From an uncultured Spirochaetota bacterium (GTDB lineage: Bacteria; Spirochaetota; Brevinematia; Brevinematales; JAOACQ01), in contig CAVYGN010000001.1 in NCBI GenBank assembly GCA_963768055.1, positions 1,728,001 through 1,792,000 on the forward strand: 64,000 nt of DNA. The letters are read 5' to 3'. The translations under genes were made by a program, and so were the position numbers. Below, in pieces: positions 9,174 through 18,989 of the stretch; within the stretch, counting starts at the first letter, position 1, and each line of letters begins with the position of its first letter. The notes under the pieces are model-generated. The model did no database searches. It was not told the DNA's origin and saw nothing but the letters and a program-made list of their open reading frames with translations.

Positions 9174-10880
9174 TCAATCTCCTCCCTGGGACTCGGTCAG
9201 GCTGACATTCCGTATATAAATCGTGGGCTTCTCTGTAGCGCAGTCAAACTCGATCTTCGCATTATCGTCGGTTCCCAGGGATTTGAATTCAAAGTTAATA
9301 GTCTGCCATTCGGTAGTGGAATCGCAACGCTTGGAGTTAAAATATGGTTTCCAGTCGGGTTTGCTTCTCCCGATCTTGATAAAAAATTTGCGGTCTTCGT
9401 CGGACCTGACGTCGAAGGACAGGGTATAAATCCTGCCGTATTTCACCGGAACAGGGTTATAATTTACCTGTACTCCCCAGGAATTCAAATCCCTGTTATC
9501 AACCATAATAGTTAATGTATTGGAAGAAATATTAATACTGCCTTTTCCAGGTGCATCTTGAAATAACCACCATTTTCCCGGAGTCTCGGCGGCCGCATAG
9601 CTGCCGTCGGGAAAGTATCCTGCAGGTATAAGGTTGTTTGAAACGATTCTGAGCGTTTCCGGCTTCGGCGGCTTATTATTTTCAGCCGACCTCGTATTTG
9701 AAAATTTATCCTCAATATCCAGGGCTATCTCATGGATTTCCTTGAAAACCCCGTCTTCTTTGCAGGAAGGCGTTTCCGCCAACAGGATTTCACCGGTTTC
9801 CAGGTCCAGGAGGCGGATGTCCATTGAAATATACTTGAAAGCGCTGTTGATGACTCCTATGACGGCCAGTTTCGCGTTCAGTTGTTTCCCGAGTTTTTTC
9901 CTCGCCTCGTTACCGGCTTCGGATGTTAAATCCGCCCTATCGATCCGGGCCTCTTGCAGTATGTTGCTTAACTGTGTGCCGGGTATTACCTCGAAAAGGC
10001 CGGCCTTCGATATTTCAGTCCTCAGGGCTTTCGTCAATGCTATAAGGTCCTTTTCATCGGCCCCTGATTGAGATTTGAATTTCAGGATAGCTATCTTCAT
10101 TTTGCCTGTTTGTTTCGGACCTGTTTCTGGCGAGGGATTCGGGTTATAGGTGATATTGACTGTCAGGCCGTCGCCTATCGATACATTCGTCCTGTATATC
10201 ACTTTTTCAGTAGCCGGCACGGAAAGGGTTATATCGAGGGGCTCTTCGGCGATCTCGATGTCGCTGTAGCTGTCGGACTTAGAGATCTTTTTCATAAATT
10301 TCCCGTTTATTCCGAGTTTGTAGGCGTTGGTATCCTCGATCTCAACCTCCAGCCTGCCCATCTTTATGGTCCTTCCCGTAATAAGGGTCGAAACGTTGCG
10401 GATCATCCTGTCGACGGTGTCGAATAGTTCTGGGCCCGCCTCTCCGGTGTACTTCCTCTGCAGTTTCATCGCGGCTGATACGGTGTCGTAGACATAGACG
10501 TTTATAATCACAGTCCCCTTTTTATGGTCCACGGCATAGTCGCCGGAAACGACCTGGCTCACAGCGAGGGAAAGGCCCATGTCGACGGCGGCGTCCGGGC
10601 TGAAACTTTTGGATTCCCAGTATTTATTGTCCGCGGCAGCCTTTCCCACGGCTTCGTAGGAAGTGATGTTTATTTCAGGGATTTTGGAAAGGAAGGTAAT
10701 AAGAGACCTCGTGATCGTTTTATTGACGCTTGCATCGAATTTGCCGCCCAGGTTTATGAAGCCCAGGACCGCTATCGATCTGGATTCCTGTGCAAAGACG
10801 GCTGAGGAAAAGCAGGTTTTAAGTAAAAAGGCGGCAGCAATAAATAGGTACTTCAACGATGCTTTTTGTAGTATAGACAT
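9174..10880 (-). CDS. Exported protein with two CsgG/TolB-N-like domains and a C-terminal carbohydrate-binding module (CBM4/9-like)
   Basis: Signal peptide (AVFA-QE); SIAVLGF and KIAILKF domains with ...IRLLDLETGEIL; C-terminal WGVQV..YTLSFDVRS..TTEWQT. Confidence 0.65.
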   Translation of the reverse strand: MSILQKASLKYLFIAAAFLLKTCFSSAVFAQESRSIAVLGFINLGGKFDASVNKTITRSLITFLSKIPEINITSYEAVGKAAADNKYWESKSFSPDAAVDMGLSLAVSQVVSGDYAVDHKKGTVIINVYVYDTVSAAMKLQRKYTGEAGPELFDTVDRMIRNVSTLITGRTIKMGRLEVEIEDTNAYKLGINGKFMKKISKSDSYSDIEIAEEPLDITLSVPATEKVIYRTNVSIGDGLTVNITYNPNPSPETGPKQTGKMKIAILKFKSQSGADEKDLIALTKALRTEISKAGLFEVIPGTQLSNILQEARIDRADLTSEAGNEARKKLGKQLNAKLAVIGVINSAFKYISMDIRLLDLETGEILLAETPSCKEDGVFKEIHEIALDIEDKFSNTRSAENNKPPKPETLRIVSNNLIPAGYFPDGSYAAAETPGKWWLFQDAPGKGSINISSNTLTIMVDNRDLNSWGVQVNYNPVPVKYGRIYTLSFDVRSDEDRKFFIKIGRSKPDWKPYFNSKRCDSTTEWQTINFEFKSLGTDDNAKIEFDCATEKPTIYIRNVSLTESQGGD

Positions 10881-11041
10881 ATATCATGCCTCCTTTCATT
10901 ACTGTAGTATTATATTGCAGTAGCGATATTTTGACAATAGGGCTGCCGGCGTTTTTTAACACAAATAAAACACGGTATCATGTAACTTTTATTTCCCTCC
11001 TGCGATATATTTTATGGAACAAATTTATTCGGAGGTATGAA

Positions 11042-11436
11042 ATGTCAAAATTCAGGCAATTGGCTTTATCCTCTCTCGTGGCGCTTTTCTGTGTAAGCTA
11101 CGTATTTGCTGCCAGTGATAAGATGATTTCCAGGCGGGAGATTAAAACCACCGCGGTTGTGATCGCGCGATAATACTTTTCAGATCCGGCGAATTCGTGC
11201 GCTCTTTGAACCAGACTATACGCGCAAGGCGGCTTGCTTTTATGGCCATACAGGCCAACAAGGGAAGAGTTTCCAAGCAGGAGATTAGCGAAGTAAATAA
11301 GTCCAAGGTTCCTTCCGACGACGAGATTGACTCCGATTTCCAGAAAAACGCTCCGCAGGAAGATGTTAAGGACGAAGAGGTCGCAAAAAAGGAACCCGCT
11401 AAGGTACAGGCCGATATCGATGTCCAGATTAAATAA
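11042..11436 (+). pseudogene. Frameshifted secreted hypothetical protein
   Basis: RBS plus signal-peptide ORF 11042-11173 stops; coding continues in another frame (DRAIILFRSGEFVRSLNQTIRARRLAFMAIQANKG...) to TAA 11436. Confidence 0.6.
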
Positions 11437-11462
11437 TTTAAATAAACGAAATTAGAAAATGC

Positions 11463-11492
11463 AGCCCCGCTCCATTGAGCGGGGCTTTTTTT
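11463..11492 (+). terminator. Rho-independent terminator
   Basis: AGCCCCGCTC-CATT-GAGCGGGGCT followed by a T-run. Confidence 0.85.
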
Positions 11493-11496
11493 ATTG

Positions 11497-11664
11497 AAAA
11501 GGATTTCCGGCAACCTGGCGAAATTTCCCTGAGCTTCAAGCCGGTTTCCCGTAAATCCATGATACATAATAATGAAAGGATAATTTTTGTCTTCCGGACC
11601 AGGGATATGGACCATACCTCTTAATATCCGGGCCATCACTTATAATCTCAGTATACTTCCGCAT
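11497..11664 (-). pseudogene. N-terminal remnant of an alpha/beta hydrolase (frameshifted and truncated)
   Basis: ATG 11664 MRKYTEIISDG, +1 shift, then RILRGMVHIP..PFIIMYHGFTGNRLE; similarity ends at the opposing terminator. Confidence 0.65.
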
Positions 11665-11762
11665 AATTTTCCTTAAAAAATTTTTATTATAAAATAAATT
11701 TTACTGGAATTACAAGTTAACAACCTGTAACCACAGATTATTGTCTGACTCCGTACCGTTTT

Positions 11763-12515
11763 TCAAGATTTTTTTACTATACGCTTCTTTTTGAATTCTT
11801 CCCAGAGGGCATGGAATGCGGCCGATCCCCTCGATTTGAGGGAGCGGACGGCAACCGGTTTCCTGATTATACCCATTTTTTCTATTTCGGAAAGATACGG
11901 TATGTAATTTTCACAGATCCCCGGTAAGGTTTTTGATAATTCTTCCATACTTTCATGGTGTATTTTCTTACGTTTTTCCACCATTGAAAAGAACGGTACG
12001 ATGACAGATTCGTTAAGTCCGTTTTCCCTGTAAAATTCAACGATCTGGAGATAAGTACGCTTTGAAAGAGGTGTAGGGATTATTGGCACAAGCAGTATGT
12101 CGGCTGCATAGAAAACATTCTCCGAAAGCAGGGAAATACTTGGAGGGCAGTCCAAAAAGACAATATCAAAGCCCTTCAGAGTTTTCATTATTTCGGCCAG
12201 TTTTCTCCTGGATTTTTTTACATCGTCGAGAAGAATATCCAGATTCCTCAGGGAAAAATCCGAAGGCAGTATGCATAGGTTTTCATAGTCGGTCTTTTTG
12301 ACATAATCGGATATTTCCTCTTTCCCGGATATGACCTTCTTGAGGCTTACCTCCATCCCCTGTTTTTTATGCAGGTAAAAAGTGGAGGATCCCTGAGGGT
12401 CTATATCCCATAACAGGGTTTTATATCCGTCTTTAGCCGACAGGTATGCCAGATTAACTGTCGAAGAGGTTTTCCCGACCCCGCCCTTGATATTGTAAAC
12501 CCCAACCGATATCAT
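11763..12515 (-). CDS. ParA/Soj-family ATPase (orphan)
   Basis: Deviant Walker A KGGVGKT, DIDPQG, DCPP; no parB adjacent. Confidence 0.88.
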   Translation of the reverse strand: MISVGVYNIKGGVGKTSSTVNLAYLSAKDGYKTLLWDIDPQGSSTFYLHKKQGMEVSLKKVISGKEEISDYVKKTDYENLCILPSDFSLRNLDILLDDVKKSRRKLAEIMKTLKGFDIVFLDCPPSISLLSENVFYAADILLVPIIPTPLSKRTYLQIVEFYRENGLNESVIVPFFSMVEKRKKIHHESMEELSKTLPGICENYIPYLSEIEKMGIIRKPVAVRSLKSRGSAAFHALWEEFKKKRIVKKS

Positions 12516-12531
12516 AAGCTCTCCCTGGTTT

Positions 12532-12840
12532 TTATTTGGAAACGATGCCGAAATTTTTCCAGGATTTCCTGGGAAAATTCTTCTGCACGAATTTTTTAGC
12601 CTCTTTTAATAATTTTCCTATATTTTCAAGATGACCGCTTAACTCGTTCTTTTTTTTATCTATTTTAACTTTAAGGGCTTCAATATCGGAATTAATGCCG
12701 TTCGATAAATTAAGCGCTGTTTCCACTTCTGTAATGAGTTTTTTATTGAACGCCTGATTGCCGGGATTTTCATTATATGATTTTACTCCCTCCAGGAAAA
12801 TCCTGGCCGATTCCATTTTTCCAGCTGATTTTTTCTGCAT
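12532..12840 (-). CDS. Hypothetical basic coiled-coil protein
   Basis: GGAGG RBS before ATG 12840; co-oriented directly upstream of the ParA gene. Confidence 0.6.
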   Translation of the reverse strand: MQKKSAGKMESARIFLEGVKSYNENPGNQAFNKKLITEVETALNLSNGINSDIEALKVKIDKKKNELSGHLENIGKLLKEAKKFVQKNFPRKSWKNFGIVSK

Positions 12841-13195
12841 GAGAGATCCTCCGCAATTTAATATATTATGACTCATTTTATAATTATGGCAATCCATTTG
12901 TGAAGATTTAATGAATTAATAATTAATTTTATATTAATTTAATAATGTCAGGAACTGGCCGGCAAGTTAATTAAAGACAATATGCAATTATAAATGAAGT
13001 TAATTTTTTTACGCGCATTATGATGTGCCGTTTTGAACTGATACGGCTCATACCCTTCGGGCACAAGCGCTCTCGAGCCCTGCTCGATAAAAATTGATTT
13101 CATCCAGAAGAATGTTGTTTGATCGCCCCCCTTGACTTTAGTCCATAAACATACATATATTCTATTGTAAAATGACATTTTGGGGAGGATATCAT

Positions 13196-13666
13196 ATGAA
13201 AACTCAAAAGCTGATTTTACGATTGTTTATAATAGGGGCGCTGTTTTCTCTTTTACCGGTCACAACTGTAGCATCCGGAGGAGGTGCAAACCAGGGTATT
13301 ACATTTGCCGAAACTTCCAAATCGCTCTACGATAAAGGTGTCAAAGCCGACAAGGCCGGCGATGAAAAAAGCGCATTACAATATTTTCAAAAGGCATTGG
13401 AGCTGGATAAAAACAACCCTGAAATACTCAATATGCTTGCACACAGCCAGCGGAAACTTGGATTGATAGATGAAGCTCTTGAAAATTACTGGAAAGCGCT
13501 GAAAATCAAGCCGGATTTTCCCGAGGCAAGGGAGTATTTAGGCGAGGCTTATATACAGGCAGCTCTCAAGGAAATAGAAATATTAAAGGGTTATGGAAAA
13601 TCCGGAGATGAACAGAGGGACGACCTTATAAAAGCCCTGCAGGATGCGGCGGCAAACGTTAAATAA
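13196..13666 (+). CDS. Secreted tetratricopeptide-repeat protein
   Basis: Signal peptide; ALQYFQKALELDKNN and EALENYWKALKIKPDF TPR motifs; GGAGG RBS. Confidence 0.85.
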   Translation: MKTQKLILRLFIIGALFSLLPVTTVASGGGANQGITFAETSKSLYDKGVKADKAGDEKSALQYFQKALELDKNNPEILNMLAHSQRKLGLIDEALENYWKALKIKPDFPEAREYLGEAYIQAALKEIEILKGYGKSGDEQRDDLIKALQDAAANVK

Positions 13667-13689
13667 GGGAATTGAAAAGGAGGGTTTAT

Positions 13690-14178
13690 ATGGACCGGCT
13701 TAAACCAAAGAGCCCGGCTGAAAGCGCCGTGGAGTCGAGATATGTCCTTATGCCGCAAAACGCAAATCATCTGGGAACGGCTTTCGGGGGGACTATTATG
13801 TCATGGATAGATATGATCGCAGGAATGGCGGCAACGCGGCACTCGGGAACCCTGACCGTTACTGCCGGGATCGATTCCATAACCTTCCTCACCCCGATTT
13901 ATATAGGCGAACAGGTGGTAATAAAATCCAGGGTTAATTATGTCGGTAACACTTCTCTCGAGGTCGGGGTGCAGGTTACCAAGGAAAACCCGGGGACCGG
14001 AGAGGTTTCCAAAACGACAAGCGCCTATCTGACCTTTGTCGCACTTGATGACAATAAAAAACCGGTAAAAGTACCTGAATTGGTCCTTCTGACCGATGAG
14101 GACAGGCGACGATATGAAAATGCGAAATTAAGGGTGCAGGCCCGCAAGGAACTGCTCATGAAAATGGAAAAAAGATAA
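13690..14178 (+). CDS. Acyl-CoA thioesterase (hotdog fold, YciA-like)
   Basis: NANHLGTAFGG..MSWID, VGNTSLEVGV, AYLTFVALD. Confidence 0.9.
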   Translation: MDRLKPKSPAESAVESRYVLMPQNANHLGTAFGGTIMSWIDMIAGMAATRHSGTLTVTAGIDSITFLTPIYIGEQVVIKSRVNYVGNTSLEVGVQVTKENPGTGEVSKTTSAYLTFVALDDNKKPVKVPELVLLTDEDRRRYENAKLRVQARKELLMKMEKR

Positions 14179-14194
14179 GATTTTAGAGGAATTT

Positions 14195-15025
14195 ATGATC
14201 AATGACAAATATACTATTGTCAATGGAATAAAAACATTTTATATTGAAGAAGAGTCCCGGGTCAACGGTGTATTGCCGGATATCCTGTTTATTCATGGAT
14301 TTTTATCTCGAGGGCAGAGTTTCGATAAACTCATGAACGGCCTTTCCGGAAAATACCATAGCTATGCGCCCGATCTCCCCGGATGCGGGGCTTCGGAGGA
14401 CCCTAAAAAATTCAAGCCCGGTTTTGAGAGTTACGGCTCTTTCCTCAATGATTTTTGCAGGGAACTCGGAATTAAACGTACCGTCCTGGCCGGAGATTCT
14501 ATGGGCGGTGCCATTTCAATCATGATGGCGGTAATGTACCCGGAACTTGTCGAGAAAGTGATTCTTATAGATTCGGTTTCTTATAATATGAAACCGAATG
14601 TTTCGACGAAGATCGCGTTAATTCCTCTCCTGGGATCATTCATTTTTAGAAAACTCTTTAACTGGAATATGTTTAAATCTTTATTCATGAAGGACATTTA
14701 TGTTGAAAATTCGAAGATCGATCAGGCCGAACTGTATGAAAATTATAAACTCTTCGACAATCCTTCAAGAAGGGAATTTACTTATCGCATTATGAGATCG
14801 GTAACCTATTCCGCTGAAGTCGAAGCGGTCATTACTAAGGTAAAACAACCGGTACTTGTCATCTGGGGGGAATCGGATAGAATGCTCCCGCTCGATAATG
14901 CAAAAAGACTTTCAAAGGACATCAAAAACGCAAAGCTGGTTATCATCCCGGGAGCCGGCCATGCCTCTTTTGACGAGAACCCTGAAATGGCTATAGAAGC
15001 CATCCTGGAATTTTTACAGAAATGA
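14195..15025 (+). CDS. Alpha/beta fold hydrolase
   Basis: HGF, DLPGCG, GDSMGG nucleophile elbow, WGESD, GAGH. Confidence 0.88.
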   Translation: MINDKYTIVNGIKTFYIEEESRVNGVLPDILFIHGFLSRGQSFDKLMNGLSGKYHSYAPDLPGCGASEDPKKFKPGFESYGSFLNDFCRELGIKRTVLAGDSMGGAISIMMAVMYPELVEKVILIDSVSYNMKPNVSTKIALIPLLGSFIFRKLFNWNMFKSLFMKDIYVENSKIDQAELYENYKLFDNPSRREFTYRIMRSVTYSAEVEAVITKVKQPVLVIWGESDRMLPLDNAKRLSKDIKNAKLVIIPGAGHASFDENPEMAIEAILEFLQK

Positions 15026-15045
15026 AAATTTAATAAAGGAACATC

Positions 15046-15143
15046 ATCGCAAAGACGCCGGGAGCTTGTCCCTGAACCCTGTGAAGGGGCGCAAAGAATG
15101 GAAAAGCTTTGCGCCCTTCGTTCCCCTTTGCGGCCTTTGCGGT
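15046..15143. repeat. Nested palindromic REP-like element
   Basis: GAAGGGGCGCAAAG(15083-15096)/CTTTGCGCCCTTC(15107-15119) inside outer arms ATCGCAAAG.../...CTTTGCGGT. Confidence 0.6.
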
Positions 15144-15257
15144 AAAACCCCTATGAAGAAACTATAAGAACACAAAGACAGAGGAAAACACTTTATTTTA
15201 ATTAAAAACTATTGCTTATTATAAAACTTTGGGTAAAATTATATGAGGAGGCCTGCC

Positions 15258-16004
15258 ATGGAAATTCTCAAGGGTTGGGAGCCGTTTTCATACGATAACG
15301 GCTCGAATATCGGAATTCTTCTTTCCCAGGGTTTTACAGGCAGTACTTCGAGCGTTATTTACCTCGGCCGCAAGTTGTCGGATGAGGGTTTTAATGTAGA
15401 GGGCCCGAGGCTTTCAGGTCATGGCACAAGATGGGAGGACATCATAGGGGTGAGCTATAAGGACTGGTTATCCGACGTTGAAAATTCGTACGGAAAATTG
15501 AAGAAAAATTCTAAAATAATTTTCACAGCCGGCCTTTCCATGGGCGGAACGCTGGCTCTCAGGCTCGCCGAACTTCATCCTGAGATCAGGGGCGTTATAA
15601 CGATCAATCACGCCCTTTTAGCAGCTGCTAACCTCGAGCCGATTGTCCCTGTCCTGAAATTATTCATAAAATCGACAAAATCAATTGTAAGCGATATCAA
15701 GGATAAATCCATAACCGAGACCGGTTATGACCGGACGCCCGTAGCCGGCGTTCATGAACTGATCAAGCTGCAGAAAATTACAAGGGCCGGCATCGGAAAG
15801 ATAAAAGCGCCGGTACTAATGTTCAAATCAAGGATTGATCATGTGCTCGATGTCAGGAACACTGTTTGGGCCTACGCGAAAATCACTTCACCTGAAAAGG
15901 AACTGATCTGGCTGGAAAATTCTTACCATGTCGCCACAATGGACTTAGACAAGGATATCATAGCTGAAAAAACAATTAAATTCATAAAAAGCCATAGTTC
16001 ATAG
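15258..16004 (+). CDS. Carboxylesterase / monoacylglycerol-lipase-like alpha/beta hydrolase
   Basis: [28 protein letters not shown]; directly upstream of glpK. Confidence 0.85.
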   Translation: MEILKGWEPFSYDNGSNIGILLSQGFTGSTSSVIYLGRKLSDEGFNVEGPRLSGHGTRWEDIIGVSYKDWLSDVENSYGKLKKNSKIIFTAGLSMGGTLALRLAELHPEIRGVITINHALLAAANLEPIVPVLKLFIKSTKSIVSDIKDKSITETGYDRTPVAGVHELIKLQKITRAGIGKIKAPVLMFKSRIDHVLDVRNTVWAYAKITSPEKELIWLENSYHVATMDLDKDIIAEKTIKFIKSHSS

Positions 16005-16014
16005 AGGGGCTTCA

Positions 16015-17520
16015 ATGGATAAAAGATATGTCGGGGCCATCGATCAGGGTACTACCAGCACCCGCTTCATCCTTTACGACAGGGACGGGCTTGAAAAAGC
16101 CTCCTCACGCAGGGAGCACTCCCAGATCTATCCGAAGCCCGGATGGGTCGAACATGACGCGCTTGAAATATGGGACAGGACCTGCGGCGTAATCCGCGAT
16201 ACACTTGATAAAAGCGGCATAAGCCCGGGTGAAATAGCGGCAATTGGAATTACCAATCAGAGGGAAACAACCGTTGTTTGGAACAAAGAAACCGGAAGAC
16301 CATATTATAACGCGATAGTCTGGCAGGACACCAGGACCTCCGGCCTCCTCGCCGAGCTTGGCGGCAGCGTTGGCATCGACCGCTTCCGCGATATAACAGG
16401 ACTGCCGCTCGCAACATATTTTTCAGGGCCGAAAATCAAGTGGCTTCTTGATAATATTTCAGGGTTAAAAGAAGCCTCGGAAAAGGGTTTGGCCCTGTTC
16501 GGCAACATAGACGCATGGTTATGCTGGAACCTTACCGGGCGGCATTTTACCGACTTTACTAACGCCAGCAGAACGCTTCTGTTTAATATTCATAAATTAT
16601 CCTGGGATGACCGAATGCTGGATATTATGGGTATAGATAAATCCATGCTCCCGATGGTCAGGCCTTCGAGTTCTTCGGACGATTGCCCAATGACTAAACG
16701 GGACGGACCCTTCGGAGAAGAAATACCCCTGTCCGGCAATTTAGGGGATCAGCAGGCAGCTCTTTTCGGCCAGGCATGTTTTGACGCCGGTGATGCGAAA
16801 AATACATATGGAACGGGGTGCTTTCTCCTTATGAACACCGGTGATAAGCCCGTGATCTCAAAAAACGGCCTGCTAACTACCGTCGGCTACTCGCTGGGTA
16901 ATGGAAATACGGCTTACGCCCTTGAAGGTTCGATAGCTGTTGCGGGTTCACTGGTGCAGTGGGCCAGGGATAAGCTTTGCATAATAAAATCCGCGCCTGA
17001 GATCGACGAACTGGCTTCAAGCGTGCCTGACAACGGCGGTGTTTATTATGTCCCCGCTTTTTCCGGACTTTTCGCTCCCCACTGGAGAAGCGATGCCAGG
17101 GGTGTTATAGCAGGATTGACGCATTATGCGGGAAAAGCTCAGATTGCAAGGGCTATATTGGAGGCGACGGCATATCAGACCAGGGATGTGTTCGATGCTA
17201 TGATGTCGGATTCGGGCTTGACCCTGAAAGAGCTTAAGGTTGACGGAGGGATGACGGTAAGCGATATTCTTATGCAGTTCCAGGCCGATATTTTAAACGT
17301 TAAAGTATTGAGGCCTACGGTCACAGAATCGACGGCGCGGGGAGCCGCTTATGCCGCCGGCCTGGCTGTTGGTTTCTGGGACGGATTGGACGACCTGAGG
17401 AAAAACTGGAAATTAGACAGGGAATGGAAATCTGAAATGGATGAAGATACCCGCCAGAGGCTTTACAGGTTCTGGAAGAAGGCCCTTGAAAAATCTTTCG
17501 GATGGACGGAACAGCAATGA
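16015..17520 (+). CDS. glpK: Glycerol kinase
   Basis: [37 protein letters not shown]. Confidence 0.97.
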   Translation: MDKRYVGAIDQGTTSTRFILYDRDGLEKASSRREHSQIYPKPGWVEHDALEIWDRTCGVIRDTLDKSGISPGEIAAIGITNQRETTVVWNKETGRPYYNAIVWQDTRTSGLLAELGGSVGIDRFRDITGLPLATYFSGPKIKWLLDNISGLKEASEKGLALFGNIDAWLCWNLTGRHFTDFTNASRTLLFNIHKLSWDDRMLDIMGIDKSMLPMVRPSSSSDDCPMTKRDGPFGEEIPLSGNLGDQQAALFGQACFDAGDAKNTYGTGCFLLMNTGDKPVISKNGLLTTVGYSLGNGNTAYALEGSIAVAGSLVQWARDKLCIIKSAPEIDELASSVPDNGGVYYVPAFSGLFAPHWRSDARGVIAGLTHYAGKAQIARAILEATAYQTRDVFDAMMSDSGLTLKELKVDGGMTVSDILMQFQADILNVKVLRPTVTESTARGAAYAAGLAVGFWDGLDDLRKNWKLDREWKSEMDEDTRQRLYRFWKKALEKSFGWTEQQ

Positions 17521-18989
17521 AGAAACCGGAGCAAAATACATTTGATTTTATCATAGCAGGAGCTGGAATTATCGGGACCCTTATCGCTCGGGAACTGTCC
17601 AGGACAAAAAACAGGGTCCTGTTGATCGATAGGGAATCCGATATAGGCATGGGGGCCAGTTCGGCTAACAGCGCTATTATCCATGCCGGTTACGACCCGA
17701 GGCCAGGCACCCTTAAAGCCGATATGAATGTCAAAGGGAACAGGCTCTGGGAGGAAACGGCTTCTTTACTCGATATACCCTTTAAAAGAACGGGAAGTTA
17801 TGTTGTGGCTATCGGCGGCGTGGAATTCCAGAATCTTGAGACTCTGTACCGGAGGGGGATTGCAAACAGCGTACCAGGGCTCCGGGTTCTTTCCCGGGAT
17901 GAGTTTTTGACAAGAGAGCCTCTGATAAACCCCTTAGCGAGCGGAGCGCTTTATGCCCCAACCGCCAGTGTGATCGATCCGTTTATGTCGGTTATAGCCG
18001 CGGCAGAAAACGCCGCGATGAATTCCGTTACGGTTCTTACCTGCACCGAATTGAAAGGCCTGATAATCCAGAAAAAAAGTATAATAGGGATAATCACAAA
18101 CAGGGGCGATTTTTTTACAAGGTGGCTGATAAATGCGTCCGGAATAAATTCCGATATCATAATGCACATGGCCGGCATCAGGCCTGAGTTCAATATCAGG
18201 CCCCGGCGGGGGGAATACCTGATATTCGATTCGGCAAGGATAAGCCTTAACAATGTTTTATTCCCCATCCCATCGGATAAAGGAAAGGGAACCCTGGTTT
18301 CAACCACTGTGCATGGGAATGTCATGATAGGCCCGAACTCAAAGGAAGTGGAAGGCGCTCATGAAACTGAAACTACCGGAGAGGGTTTGAGCGATGTTCT
18401 GAAGAGCGCGGCTAAACTTGTGCCCTCGCTCTCAGCCTCAGATGTTATCGCAGAGTTCGCCGGCCTCAGGGCTTCGGGGAAGAACTATAATGATTTCATC
18501 ATCGAGGTCCCTGAAGGGATCGATGGAATGCTGAACCTGGCGGGGATCGATTCGCCGGGGTTCGCGAGCGCTCCCGCTATAGCGGCCAGGGTAATGGATC
18601 TTTTGCGCGATTCAGGGGAGAAGTTCGAATTCAAGAAAAATTTTAACCCGAAAAGAACTGCCCCTCCATGTTTTCACAGACTGTCACACAAGGAAAAAGC
18701 GGAACTAGTCAGGAAAAATCCCGCCTACGGCAGGATCGTTTGCCGCTGTGAGGAAGTAACCGAAGGCGAAGTGATAGATGCAATCAGGTCTCCTGTCGGC
18801 GCGAGGACTTATGACGGTATCAAGAGAAGGACATGGCTTGGAACAGGACGGTGCCAGGGAAGCTTCGATTATCCGAGGGTTATCGGCATTATGAGCCGTG
18901 AACTTGGAATATCAGTTTCTAAAATAACAAAAAAAGGCGACGGTTCTGAATTTGTTTTCAGGCATACAAAAGATAAAGAGGCCGGATGA
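17517..18989 (+). CDS. FAD-dependent glycerol-3-phosphate dehydrogenase-like oxidoreductase with BFD-like [2Fe-2S] domain
   Basis: [18 protein letters not shown]...GRCQG; ATGA-coupled to glpK. Confidence 0.85.
   Translation: MKKPEQNTFDFIIAGAGIIGTLIARELSRTKNRVLLIDRESDIGMGASSANSAIIHAGYDPRPGTLKADMNVKGNRLWEETASLLDIPFKRTGSYVVAIGGVEFQNLETLYRRGIANSVPGLRVLSRDEFLTREPLINPLASGALYAPTASVIDPFMSVIAAAENAAMNSVTVLTCTELKGLIIQKKSIIGIITNRGDFFTRWLINASGINSDIIMHMAGIRPEFNIRPRRGEYLIFDSARISLNNVLFPIPSDKGKGTLVSTTVHGNVMIGPNSKEVEGAHETETTGEGLSDVLKSAAKLVPSLSASDVIAEFAGLRASGKNYNDFIIEVPEGIDGMLNLAGIDSPGFASAPAIAARVMDLLRDSGEKFEFKKNFNPKRTAPPCFHRLSHKEKAELVRKNPAYGRIVCRCEEVTEGEVIDAIRSPVGARTYDGIKRRTWLGTGRCQGSFDYPRVIGIMSRELGISVSKITKKGDGSEFVFRHTKDKEAG

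Noticed and set aside
11142..11639. Track ORF of 165 aa as a real protein
   Set aside because: Only the first ~48 codons look like a hydrolase; the rest runs through a terminator and antisense to another gene remnant
13025..13110. Functional tRNA-Leu gene
   Set aside because: No canonical D-loop GG, TTC T-loop stem or paired acceptor stem; kept only as a low-interest structured element
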